A stretch of 64,000 bases of DNA from Nitrospirota bacterium (lineage in GTDB: Bacteria; Nitrospirota; UBA9217): assembly GCA_963741205.1 (NCBI GenBank), contig CAVUHW010000045.1, positions 27,646 through 91,645 of the forward strand, read 5' to 3'. The position numbers and the translations under genes are program-made. The notes under the pieces were generated by a model. It did not search any database and was not told the origin of the DNA. It worked only from the letters and a program-made list of their open reading frames with translations. Position 1 is the stretch's first letter. Each line of letters begins with the position of its first letter. Positions 43,915 through 54,794 of the stretch are shown here, piece after piece.

Positions 43915-45018
43915 ATGAAACAGAAGCGGGCCTTTGGGAAAAATCGGACTCTCTTGCTTTCTATGTTGTCACTGGCGCTGCTGTTCATGATGCCCGGGAT
44001 AACGGGAGTGAATAGCGCCACTCAGGCAGGGTCCCAGGCGGTGGCGGCCCAAGAGGCGACGCCGGTGATGGTCCCCGAAAGAGCGGCGCAGGCCGGCGTC
44101 CCGGCATGCGTACCGCGGCCCTCCATCGAACCGCCTCCGATGACGCCGGGAGACTCGGGCGAAGCCGCAAAGGATGCATCTGCCGCGCCGGGGCAGCGAC
44201 CCTGTCCGGAGGGTTTTGTGCCGAAGCCGATCGGGCGACAGGTCCCCCGGGGGCGATCGGTATCGGGAGCGCCTGTCTTCCAGGGGGTCTCCTCAATCCG
44301 CAGCATCCCGCTCAGTACGGCGGCTTACGACTACTACTATGCGGGCGCGTATCAGAATGCCGGCAGCGCGGGCGGGACGGCGTTTTTTACCCAACATCAG
44401 CCTGTGCTGGCGCCCGGCGACTCTCACACGCTGGTTGAGATTTCCGTGAAGTCGACGGACGTGCGGCAGATTGTCGAGGTCGGCTGGACCGTGGACCGGT
44501 CTCTCAACGGCGATGACTTGCCGCACCTGTTCGTTGCCCACTGGGTTGACGGAATCCCGGCCTGCTACAACGGCTGCGGATGGGTCCCATTTTCGTCCAC
44601 CCTGTCTCCGGGGATGACGCTCACAAGCGACGGCACCGGCTATCAGTACTCGATCTTTTTCTGGCAGGGCAACTGGTGGATAGGCTACCAGGGCCAATGG
44701 GTCGGCTTCTTTCCCGGCTCGCTGTGGAACGGAACCTTTCAAAAGGCGGGGATGATCCAGTGGTTCGGAGAGGTCTCTGTCCAATCCGGCACGATCCCCC
44801 CTCTTTCCTCCATGGCCAATAGCTTTCTTGGAAATTCCGGGAATCCAAGTACCGCTCAGGTATACTTCGCCGGACTCTATAATGATGACGGAAGCACGCG
44901 GGCGGCGACACTGTCCCTCATGAACTGGTTCAGCTATTTGTCCTGGTACAATACCAGTCAGCCCGCCGGCCTCTGTTCGAACTGTTTCCTGTACGGCGGT
45001 CACGGCGGGGCGCCGTAG
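43915..45018 (+). CDS. Secreted neprosin-like (DUF239) glutamic prolyl endopeptidase
   Basis: Signal peptide, Pro-rich pro-region with CPEG.VP, IVEVGW, LFV.HW, CYNGCG, GNWW, VGFFP.SLW, QWFGEV. Confidence 0.8.
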   Translation: MKQKRAFGKNRTLLLSMLSLALLFMMPGITGVNSATQAGSQAVAAQEATPVMVPERAAQAGVPACVPRPSIEPPPMTPGDSGEAAKDASAAPGQRPCPEGFVPKPIGRQVPRGRSVSGAPVFQGVSSIRSIPLSTAAYDYYYAGAYQNAGSAGGTAFFTQHQPVLAPGDSHTLVEISVKSTDVRQIVEVGWTVDRSLNGDDLPHLFVAHWVDGIPACYNGCGWVPFSSTLSPGMTLTSDGTGYQYSIFFWQGNWWIGYQGQWVGFFPGSLWNGTFQKAGMIQWFGEVSVQSGTIPPLSSMANSFLGNSGNPSTAQVYFAGLYNDDGSTRAATLSLMNWFSYLSWYNTSQPAGLCSNCFLYGGHGGAP

Positions 45019-45028
45019 GAGAGTGGAA

Positions 45029-46467
45029 ATGAGAACCGATAAAATCCTTGGGGGATTGGTTGCAGTTTTCGTATGCGCCTTCCTTCTGGCCGAATGCCAC
45101 AACACAAACACCGGCACCGTCACAATTATTCCCGGCGGCGGCACGAATGGCTCCGGCGGCTCCAATGTGTCGAGAGGAGTGATGAAGAAGGAAGGCAGTG
45201 TGATCGTGAACGGCGTAACGTTCAGCGTCGCCGCCGCGCAGATTACTCATGACGAAAGCCCGGCCGACGAGGCCCTGCTCCAGGACGGCATGACGGTACA
45301 GGTGAGGGGCAGCGTGAGTTCCGACAACACGAGCGGCACGGCGGCAAAAGTCAACGCCAACAGCGAGATGCGAGGGACGATCAGCGCCAAGGGGGTTGAT
45401 TCGATAACCCTTCTCAATCAGCAGGCATTCGTCGACAGCAGGACCGTTTACACGAACGTTGCAAACTTTCAGGGGCTGACCGCCGGACAGTGGGTGGAAG
45501 TTCACGGCATAAGAGACGCGCAGGGCAGGTTGCTTGCCACCCGTATTGAGGTCTTGTTTGCCGCTGCCGGTCCTCCGGCTGATCGATTGAAGGGCGTCGT
45601 CGAAGCTCCTTTCACAGGCGGCAATCCGCCCTCTTTAACTTTCGTAGTTGAGAGGGCTTACGGTTGTCACCACACTGGGAACGCTGATATCGCCTGCCGG
45701 GGCTGCCATCAACTCGGGTGATCGCGTGGTGGTCAACGGTTTTGTAGTCCGGGACAACCATCAACGCCGGCCGCATCGACCGGGAAGACCTCGAAAACGC
45801 GGAATTCGAACCGCAGGAGAACGAGGGATTCCAGGTCCAGGGGTTCGTTTCCGGCTTTACCGCACTGGGTGCAGACTTCACGATAGACGGAGTGGCGACC
45901 CATTTGACCGGAACGGCCACATTCGAGGGCGGTCTGGCCGCTGATCTCATCAACAACGTGCGCGTCGAGGCGGAAGGCCATGTGTCCAGCGGCGTGTTCC
46001 TGGCGGGTAAGATCAAGTTCGACGACGCGGCCAGAATCGAAGCCAACGCCGACCTGGCGGGCAGCGCCAATGTCCTGGGGAAGACCGTGGTCACGACGAG
46101 TCTGACCGATTTCGCGGGTCTCACGGGGGGCGTGGCGGGCATTGTCCTTGGCCAGGGGCTGACTGTCCGGGGTTTCGCAAATCCGGACGGCTCCATTACG
46201 GCCACGCGCATCGAGGGACAAAGCAATCCCGTGGATGTCCGCAGGATCATCATCCAGGGTGTGGTAGATTCTTTCAGTGCGCCCCAAAGCACGGTCACCG
46301 TCATGGGAATCACCATCAGTGCGACAACCTTTGAGCTTAACGAGCAGCCTGTTTCCGCTGACCAGTTCTTTGCGCAGTTGAAGGTGGGTCGGACCGTCGT
46401 CAGGGGAAGGGGCTCTTTCAATGCGGCAACATCCACCTTGACGGCGGATGCGGTGGGAATCGAGTAG
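45029..46467 (+). CDS. DUF5666 repeat exported/lipoprotein, frameshifted
   Basis: GSVIVNGV, L..G..VEV.G and ATRIE repeats. Confidence 0.8.
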
Positions 46468-46610
46468 TGCCACCCTGCCGTAGGAATGCACGTCGAAGCA
46501 GTTTCATGAGCGACTGCTGAATTACGGTTTTTTTCTCCTCCCCTTGATTCCTTCTTTTCCCCATCCTTCCAACAGTGTATAATGTCCCCATCCTTTGATA
46601 CGGGTAACCC

Positions 46611-47364
46611 ATGAAATCCAAGACCGAAGCGATCATCATCAGCAGCATGAACCTGGGCGAGGCGGACAAGCTCGTCACCTTCTTCTCCCTCGACCGCGGC
46701 ATGCAGAAGGGCGTGGCCAAGAACGCGCGGAAGTCCTTCCGCCGCTTCGGCGCCGGGCCTCGAGTCCTTTACGATCTCACGGCTGCATCTGTTCGAGCGT
46801 GAGCACCAGGAACTCGTCACGGATCGAGTCGGCGGACATCATCGACCAGCACGCGGGCATCGGCTGCCGACCTGGGCCGCGCGGCGGCCGGGGCCGTGAT
46901 GCTCGAACTGGTGCGCGAGACTGGCGCCGCTCGGCGAGCGCAACGCCCGGCCTTTCTGCTCCTCTCCCACGTGCTTCATCTTCTGACGAAGGAGGGGACC
47001 CGCTGTTTCTGCTCGGCATCTTCGAGATCAAGTTCCTGTCGCTCCTCGGCTACCAGCCGAAGCTGGACCACTGCCTTTCCTGCGGCATCCAGCCGAAAGG
47101 CGAGATCATTTTCCTCGGCATGAAGGGCGGCATCCTCTGCCCGGACTGCATGGTCTCATCCGGAGACCCCAGGTGCGGCTCTCCGCCGGCGCCGTGGGGT
47201 TCTACTACCAGGCGCTCAGGATGGACATGGACAAGGTCTGCCGCCTCAAGCCCTCGGCCGGCATCATGCAGGAGCTCGACCAGGCCTTCGCGGCGCACAC
47301 CTTCCACATCCTCGGCAAGCGGCTCAAGTCAACGGAGTTTCTGAAGTCCGTTTGTCGCTCGTGA
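46611..47364 (+). CDS. recO: DNA repair protein RecO, multiple frameshifts
   Basis: GEADKLVTFF...G..KGVAK.ARKS.RRF, LGYQP.L..C..CG...GG..C..C. Confidence 0.9.
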
Positions 47365-47489
47365 TAGTGATTCGAACAAGTCTGCGCAAACATAGTACCA
47401 CGAACCAGTGTGCGAATGAAGCATGGTCCTGATCGCTTCAGCATTTGTTGTCCTTGCTTCGGCTGAGCAGTCAAGCTTCTTCGGAATCT

Positions 47490-49014
47490 TTATCTCAGCA
47501 CGCCAGCATCGATCAGAAGAGAACACGCAGGCGTAGGAGAAGAGGTCGCCGTAGCGGGTGTAAAAGGTCTTTTCCGTCCCGGGACGTGAGCGTGCGCGTC
47601 AGGTCGCGCCTCGGTGAAGATCCCCGATGTGTCCAGGATCCTGCCCTGCGCGTCGATAAATCCCGAGATGCCGGTGTTCGCGGCGCGCGCAACGGGCACG
47701 CGGTTCTCGACCGCGCGGAAGACGGCCATGGAAAAGTGCTGGTAAGGCGCCGCCGTCCTGCCGAACCATGCGTCGTTCGTGACCGTCGTGATCATGGCGC
47801 TCCGTCGTTGACGAACCTCCTGACGAGGTCGGGGAAGATGATCTCGTAGCAGATGACGGTGCTGAGCTTCGTTTCCTTGCGGTCGTTCGGTCCCCGTAGG
47901 GGACCGTCATGACGGTATACTCATCCCCGGCCTGGAAATCTCCGATCGCCTGCACCATTTTCTCGACAAAGAACAGGATTTTCTTGAGCGGCACGTATTC
48001 GCCGAACGGCACGAGATGTATCTTGTGGTACGTCGCCTCGACGCGCCCGTCTCCCGAGAGCAGGAACGCCGAGTTTCTGCCGATGATGTGCCTGTTCGGT
48101 TTTACTTCGTAGGTCGGGCTGCCGAAGAGGAGCGGGACGTGGTTCTGTTTCACGAAGGCAACGAGGTCCGTCGGTCAAGGCCTGGTCGCCCGGGTTCCCG
48201 CCGTTAAAATAGAACGGCGTCGCGGTCTCGGGCCAGATCACGAGGTCGGGATGCTGCGTGAGCGCCTCCCGGGTCAGACGCTTATATGTTCCGATCGCTT
48301 CCGCCTGGTAGGCGGGGTCCCACTTTTTGTCCTGTTCGATGTTCCCTGGACGACCGAGATAGTTATCCCGCCGGCCTGCTCCGGGCGCGCGAAGCTTGAC
48401 GAACCCATATCCCAGAACGAGGAGCAGAACAAGCCGCGCGATCGCAACGGCGGAGATAACTTTTCCTGTTCATGATGAATTCGCGCCAGCCGCCGCGTTC
48501 ACCAGCACGATCAGGAATGAGACGCCGTATACGCCGGTGATGTCCGCCGCCTGGATGACGGGCAGGGCGCTGTACTGCGAGTAGCCGAGCAAGGACCAGG
48601 GGAAGCCGCTGAACACATAGGTCCGCGCGAGCTCGAGCGCGGTCCAGAGGGCGGGCGCGGCGATGAAGAACAGAGCGCGGCATGGTTGTTCCGGAGGTGC
48701 ACGGCAGCTGCGCCGAAGAGCGCGGGATAGAGCGCCAGATAGGCGCAGAGGAGCAGGGTAATGAGCGACGCCGGCACGAGCGGGATGCCGCCGTAAAAGT
48801 GCACGGAGTTCGTGACCCAGTGAACGGTGCCGATGAAATAGAAGATCCCGGCGAGTCCGCCGAGCCAGAACCCGTTCTTTACGCTCTGTCCTTCGAGCGA
48901 GATGAACAGGGGCATGAGGGCGATCCAGGCAAGAAAATGGAGATCGATTGCGGGGAACGCAGCGGCAAGGAGGATGCCGGAGACAGCCGCAAGCGAAGCG
49001 GTGCGGAAGTTCAT
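47490..49014 (-). CDS. lnt: Apolipoprotein N-acyltransferase, multiple frameshifts
   Basis: GFPW..LGY, WPET, KIHLVPFGEYVP, ICYE, TNDAWFG, RAVENR, RAANTGIS. Confidence 0.93.
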
Positions 49015-49015
49015 G

Positions 49016-49410
49016 CTATTTCGCCGCCTTCTGCTCCTGCATCCACTTGAGGAGTCCGTCTTTCATGCCGTTGTTGAGGCTCTCGTCTGCGGAGGGGGAG
49101 AGGGCCGCATGGTAGGCTGCTGGACGAGGTTTGCGGAAGGCGGTTTTTTGCGGGCCGGGGGACGGCCCTTTACCGGCGCCGGCCTGGTTGACGACCGGCT
49201 GCCGTTTCTGTTCTTCCTGCGGGAACGGCGAAGGGAGGAGATCGCATGGCGGTACAGGATCTCCCGTTTCTGGCCTTCCATGACGACGACGTAGCTGTCA
49301 AAGGCCTTGATCTTTCCTGAAATGCGGATTTTGTTCTGGAGAGTCAGGGTCACGGCGGTCTGTTCGGTCATATACGTATTCAGCATGCGGTCGAAAAGAT
49401 TTGTTTCCAT
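49016..49410 (-). CDS. Hfq/Sm-like protein with basic C-terminal tail
   Basis: VTLTLQNKIRISGKIKAFDSYVVVM...ILYRHAISS parallels Hfq Sm1/Sm2. Confidence 0.8.
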
Positions 49411-49422
49411 GGGATCATACCT

Positions 49423-49894
49423 CTACCGATTGATCGTCGTGATCGAGTGTTTATAGTACAGGTGTTGTCTGCCTCCCTCTTTGAGCAGGACGGTGAAGTT
49501 GTCGTAGGCTTCGATGTGCGCCTTGATCCGCTGCCCGTTGATCAGGTACAGCGTCAGGAGCTGATTCTCTTTGATGGCCTTGTCGAGAAATTCCTGCTGA
49601 ATGTTCGGCTGGCCGGTGGGGCGCGGGGCCTCTCGCAGTCCGCATCGCGTTGGTGCGGAGGAAGGATCGAGGAGAGGGTGCGGCGAGGTGAGATAGGAGA
49701 TTTCCTGCTTCAGGAGGGTGACGATCGTTCCGTTTACTTCAAGGTTGATTTCATAGCGGCCGATATCACGGATGGTCCCTTCATGTTCGGTTTTGTTCAT
49801 CTGGCCGATATCGGAGCTTGACACCGCTTGCTAGCGCCTGCGACAGGAACTGCGGTTCGATGGCTTGCCTTGACTCTTCCTTCAATACTTCCAT
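49423..49894 (-). CDS. Tandem two-domain Hfq-like protein (frameshift near 49805)
   Basis: Domain 1: IEPQFL...EGTIRDIGRYEI...LLKQEISY. Domain 2: NIQQEFL...YLINGQRI...YDNFTVLL...YYKHSITTI. Confidence 0.8.
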
Positions 49895-49994
49895 CGAGAA
49901 AATCATAGCTGAAATTAAGATCTTTTGCAAGAAATTTCTCTCGCCGGCCCGCGTGCGCGGCGCCATGCATCGCGCGCCTGCACCTTTTTCCTTA

Positions 49995-50023
49995 TTGACA
50001 TTTGACGGCGTATGCCCTATTAT
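49995..50023 (+). promoter_or_regulatory. Sigma70 promoter of queD (probably near-leaderless mRNA)
   Basis: TTGACA-17 bp-TATTAT, ATG 8 nt later, no Shine-Dalgarno. Confidence 0.7.
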
Positions 50024-50031
50024 CCATCGCT

Positions 50032-50402
50032 ATGTATGAGCTCATGGTTGAATCAAAATTTGCCGCGGCCCATCAACTTCGCGGCTATCAGGGCAAGTGT
50101 GAGAAGCTCCACGGCCACAACTGGCGCGTGACCGATTGCCGTGACGGCGGAGCGCCTGGACGAGCAGGGGCTTGCCATCGATTTTCATCGACCTGAAGAA
50201 AGCGCTTCGCGAAGTACTCGACCAGCTCGAGCACACGTTTCTGAACGATATCTTCCCTTTCACGCAGATCAACCCCTCATCGGAAAACCTGGCCAAGTGG
50301 ATCTACGACAACATGATGAAAAAGGTCAATGACGACAACATCGAAGTCGCCAGCGTGACCGTCTGGGAATCGGACACGGCATCGGCGAGCTATTTCGAGT
50401 AA
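50032..50402 (+). CDS. queD: 6-carboxy-5,6,7,8-tetrahydropterin synthase, frameshifted
   Basis: FAAAH.L, CEKLHGHNW, NPSSENLA, VWES. Confidence 0.93.
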
Positions 50403-50540
50403 AACTCTTATTCATAGCCGCAGCGGCCTATCAGCGAACAGCGATGTGATTCGCGAAGGTTTCGAGATCGGCTTCCGACAAGTTGGATGCGTCTGCGATT
50501 CATAAATCCTATGGCAGATAGGATATTCGAGATCTGAAGC

Positions 50541-51878
50541 ATGAACAAGCACATCGCGGAAAAAATCCTCTCCCTCGCATCCTCGCTCAAGGCAGACGCT
50601 GCCGAGGTCTTCCTCCGTTCCTACACCTCCACCAGCATCGAAGTCAAGGACCAGAAGGTTGATGCCTTCGACCGCGCCAAGGACATTGGCGCAGGCCTCC
50701 GTGTGCTCGTGGGAACGCATCTGGGCTTTGCCTTTACCACGGATTTTTCGGACGGCGCTCTCAGGACGCTTGCGCAATCGGCAATAACGAACGCAAAGAA
50801 CACCGAAGCCGATCCCTTTCACGTTATCCCCGCCAAGCCGTCAGGCGCCTATCAATCCGTTGCCATTTATGATCCCGAACTGGTCGCCTTGAGCGAGAGG
50901 GAAAAGATCGACAGGGTCATGGCCATGGAGCGCGAGGCCTTTGCCGTAGACCCGAGGATCAAGCGCATCCGCAAGGCCTCGGCCGGTTTTTCCGACGCCG
51001 AAACCCTGATCATGAACTCCAAAGGCGCCGAAGTCTCGTACAAGAGCACCGCTTGTTCGTCGAGCATCGAGGTGGTCGCCGAGGACAAAGGCGAATCGCA
51101 GGCCGGTTCGGAATTCGACGTGAACCGGTTTTACCGCAAGCTCGAGATCGAAGAGGTCGGACGCAAAGCCGCCCGAAGGGCGATCGACCTGCTGGGGGCG
51201 AGGCATGTCGAATCGATCAAGGCGCCTGTGATCCTGGAGGCCCCGGTGGCGCAGGAATTCCTCTCCTTGATGGCTGGCGGGTTTTCGGCGGAGAGCGTGC
51301 AGAAGAAGAGGTCGCTCTTCATCGGCAAGCTGGACAAGGCAGTAGCGTCGCCGCTCATCACGGTCTACGACGACGGGCTTCTCGATGGCGGACTCGGGAC
51401 CGCGCCGTCCGACGACGAGACGGTGCCGGCAAGAAAGAAAACAGTTATTGAAAAGGGCAGGCTGGCGCTGTTCCTCTACAATATCTATACGGCGAACAAG
51501 GACAAGACCGAATCAACGGGAAACGGCATGCGGGGCGGATTCAAGGGCCTTCCCGGCGTGGGGGTCACGAACCTCTATATCGAACCGGGGAAGGGTACGC
51601 TCGAAGACCTTATCTCGTCTGTTGACGGCGGGCTCCTGGTGACCGATGTCATGGGCATGCACACCGCAAACTCCATATCCGGAGACTTCTCGGTCGGCGC
51701 CACGGGATTCTGGATAGCGAAGGGAAAGAAGGCCTATCCCGTGCGCGAGATCACCATCGCCGGGAACATCCTGGACCTCATGAAGAACGTCGACGCCGTT
51801 GGCGGCGATATCCGGTTCTCCGGAAGGATCGGCAGCCCGTCGCTGCGAATTAAAGAGCTTTCGATCGGGGGGAAGTGA
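50541..51878 (+). CDS. pmbA: TldE/PmbA-family protein
   Basis: G.GLRV, STGNG.R, N..SGDFS, TIAGN, GSPSL. Lacks the TldD HExxGH motif. Confidence 0.88.
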   Translation: MNKHIAEKILSLASSLKADAAEVFLRSYTSTSIEVKDQKVDAFDRAKDIGAGLRVLVGTHLGFAFTTDFSDGALRTLAQSAITNAKNTEADPFHVIPAKPSGAYQSVAIYDPELVALSEREKIDRVMAMEREAFAVDPRIKRIRKASAGFSDAETLIMNSKGAEVSYKSTACSSSIEVVAEDKGESQAGSEFDVNRFYRKLEIEEVGRKAARRAIDLLGARHVESIKAPVILEAPVAQEFLSLMAGGFSAESVQKKRSLFIGKLDKAVASPLITVYDDGLLDGGLGTAPSDDETVPARKKTVIEKGRLALFLYNIYTANKDKTESTGNGMRGGFKGLPGVGVTNLYIEPGKGTLEDLISSVDGGLLVTDVMGMHTANSISGDFSVGATGFWIAKGKKAYPVREITIAGNILDLMKNVDAVGGDIRFSGRIGSPSLRIKELSIGGK

Positions 51879-51983
51879 AGACTTCCTCCGTAGCTGTTAA
51901 AGAATGCATTTCGATGAAGCATGTCAGTTACATTCCGAAGTTGTTGGCATCCCGGCACTGCCCGCGCAGCATTAAAACTCTCA

Positions 51984-52851
51984 TTAATACTCCATCTCCA
52001 CTTCGTTGAACTTCTCCCTGCTTACCTCGTTGCCGCTCCTGTCGCGGTAGACCAGTTCGTCGGTATCCAAGTCGTATTCAGGGATGGACGGATCGAACCA
52101 CCGGTTCACGAAATACTGATAAAAAAGATTGAAGAGACTGCCGCTCTGGTCGTGTTTGAAAACGTACTCCGGCATGGTGCGCACATTCAGGCCCAGTCGG
52201 ATAATGTTGGAGACAGAGGTAGTCCCCCAAAATAGCCAGCTTGAGGAGCGGCACGTCCCGGTAGAGCTTCAGCCGGATGTTCTTCTGGGAGGCCTTCAGC
52301 CCCTTCAAAAAGTCAATGCTCCGGATGATCTGCTCCCGGAACCGTTCCGGGGTGATGCCTGGGTTTGCAAGGCTCTTCGCCCGGACAGTCACGCCGTCCC
52401 TCAGCGGATTAAGCAGCATGATCTTCGCTTCGCGGCTGCTTCGGAGAACCCCGTGCAGGTCCCCGGCAGGGTCAACGAAGGTCCGGAAACCCGTTGAGCT
52501 GATCAGCATGATGTTCCTGCCGGACCCCTGCTCTTTCTTCAGCTCCTTTACTCTCCTCCTCGCAAAGAAGGCCGCAGGCGGCACTACAGCTGCAATGCCC
52601 GCTGTTTTGGCCATGCGGAAAAATTTCCTGATCTTCACGCTCTGTACCACGGCATTGATCAGGACGATAAGCAGGATTGCCGCCGCGATCTCCGTTGAGA
52701 CGAGGAACACCTCCTGGTTCTCGATCAGCGACCAGTAAAGCAGGACCTTGCGGGTCAGATACCGCGTGATGTCGCTGAGCGAGAGCGCGATGGCAGCGCT
52801 CAGCACGACGACGGCTATGTGGTACATAATATGAAGCGCATTTTTCTTCAT
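51984..52851 (-). CDS. Hypothetical membrane protein (2 TM plus alpha/beta domain), frameshifted
   Basis: ORFs 52078-52851 and 51984-52184 join. RBS present. Confidence 0.65.
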
Positions 52852-52906
52852 GGTTTCCCTGCCTTCCGGATAGGTTGTATCCCCTGCCCATGGGGTCTCC
52901 TACGAA

Positions 52907-53278
52907 TCAGGACAAAACGATAAGCGCCGCAGCGAGCAGCAGCGCAAGGTCAGAGCCCGGAGAATCGCCCGACCGGGCGGCGATCCGGCCGCACAGCGCT
53001 TCGACCAACCTGAACTCTTTCTCATCCATGGCCGCAAGCTTCTCTTTCGCCTGGGTCGGGATGCGATGGCTTCCGATCCTGCTTTCGAGGATATTGATCA
53101 CCAGCGAAAGATCGCGTTCGTTTGCCATCTTACGGGGTGTGGTCGGTCCGTGGCAACCAAGTGCAGCGGAATGCGGCAGCGTCGTGGAGACCCCTTCGGT
53201 CGCGGCAATCGACAACAGGATTGTCATCAGGATCAACAGAAATATTTTGATGCCTCGCGCCATGGATGTCCTCCTCAT
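52907..53278 (-). CDS. Hypothetical exported/membrane protein
   Basis: Signal-like N-terminus and hydrophobic C-terminus. Start may be the MARG codon after GGAGGA. Confidence 0.6.
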   Translation of the reverse strand: MRRTSMARGIKIFLLILMTILLSIAATEGVSTTLPHSAALGCHGPTTPRKMANERDLSLVINILESRIGSHRIPTQAKEKLAAMDEKEFRLVEALCGRIAARSGDSPGSDLALLLAAALIVLS

Positions 53279-53833
53279 GCAGAACGATGTATGCGCAGAA
53301 GCTGCAGAAGATCATGAACACCTACAGCTGATTAACGCGGCACACTGAGCAATCTCCCTAATTATCTTTTCCCGGTTTGACAGTTATGGCATTCCCCTGT
53401 TGATTGAGAGTGGATTTTCGTTATCAAACAAATTGTCTTTAATCAAGCAATCATGATGCCACAACGAGAACTTCTGGGGTATCCCATTGATTATTAAAAT
53501 TATGAACGCAAAATAGTGCGGTATTTTTTTTCGACCTGAACACACTTTTGTATGGGTTACCATACAGGCATATCTCATCAATGCATAAGATTTTAGGGAA
53601 AAAGTATAAGAAAATATCGAGTTGTGGTGTGTATGAATTATCATACGCACAGGGAAAGGTTAGTGGCTTATTGTACACAGGGTTGGAGTATTAAAGATTA
53701 AGCCGCAAGTATCGGGATCATGACAGGTGTGTAGATTTCATCTTGCAATGATGGCGACAGTTGGAGAGTCCTGGCGGATGTCCGAAATAATCTCACGCGG
53801 GGGCATTTGAAGCTCTCCTCATCTATGACACCC

Positions 53834-54463
53834 TTAATCAGCGTAACGACCAAGGGGTTTTTTCACTTCAAAACGGCAGTTCGTTCTTTCGCCCCGTTCA
53901 CAGCATTGACGCACGGGGACCCCTATGAGTTTACTCATAAGGGTTTCCATCGCAATGCAAATTCCTCCATCGCCGTTGACAACCTCTTCGAAAGGACAAC
54001 CATGCGCCTGGATGATAAACATTGCCCCGTCATCTTTCACACTCGTAAGCGTCCCAAACGACTCATAAGCTTTGGCAGTACCCTCAACCCTGGCCCGCAG
54101 GTGTCCGGTTGGATGCGGCATTGAGTTTGCAAGCTTGCGTCCCAGTTTCCTCATTACCGCCATGTATTCTTTCTTGGGCATCTGGACAGCTAAAATATCT
54201 ACTAAATGCGCGAGCACTGTGTGATAGGCCTTTGAGAAATATAAACCTACCCCTGGACGAAGACCGTAGGTCAAGGAAGGCCTTCGCGCACCCTTTATCT
54301 CTCCCGTGGCTTCAACGATATCGTCCCTTTGTAGCAGCGCCAGCTGAGCTCGAACAGCGGTTTCCGAAACTTTCAGCTCTTTTCCCAACTGTTCAACGGT
54401 GTATTGGCGTCTGCGTAAAAGCTCGGTGATACGACTGCGAGTTCCCGTCAATTTCTTATCCAA
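53834..54463 (-). CDS. ArsR/SufR-like HTH regulator with Cys-rich C-terminal sensor domain
   Basis: TR..I..LL...TV..L...L.VS..AVR.QL..L, G.RRP...Y, HGCPF, IC, QCC, NCRF. TTG start after GGAGG. Confidence 0.85.
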   Translation of the reverse strand: MDKKLTGTRSRITELLRRRQYTVEQLGKELKVSETAVRAQLALLQRDDIVEATGEIKGARRPSLTYGLRPGVGLYFSKAYHTVLAHLVDILAVQMPKKEYMAVMRKLGRKLANSMPHPTGHLRARVEGTAKAYESFGTLTSVKDDGAMFIIQAHGCPFEEVVNGDGGICIAMETLMSKLIGVPVRQCCERGERTNCRFEVKKPLGRYAD

Positions 54464-54794
54464 GGATTTTCCTCCTGCGAAATTAATCAAATTAATATAA
54501 CGTAATGAAGTATTGATGTCAAAGTATTCAAAAAACACAATAAATTGATTGACTTAATTGTGCTATACTAAAATTTGTGCCAATAAGCATAGAACATAAA
54601 CGTTGGATCAGCCGTGATAACCTCGGGGCTTGATTGTCGAAGAAAGGAGGTATATAGAACTGTTGAAAGGCGTGTAATCGCAATGTTGCATGTGAACTAA
54701 ACAGCGGCGAAAAGGATTTCGGATATGACACAGGCTTCATATGCAGCATGGCCCTGTACTTGGATGGGCTAATTAATCCAAAAAGGAGGGAACT

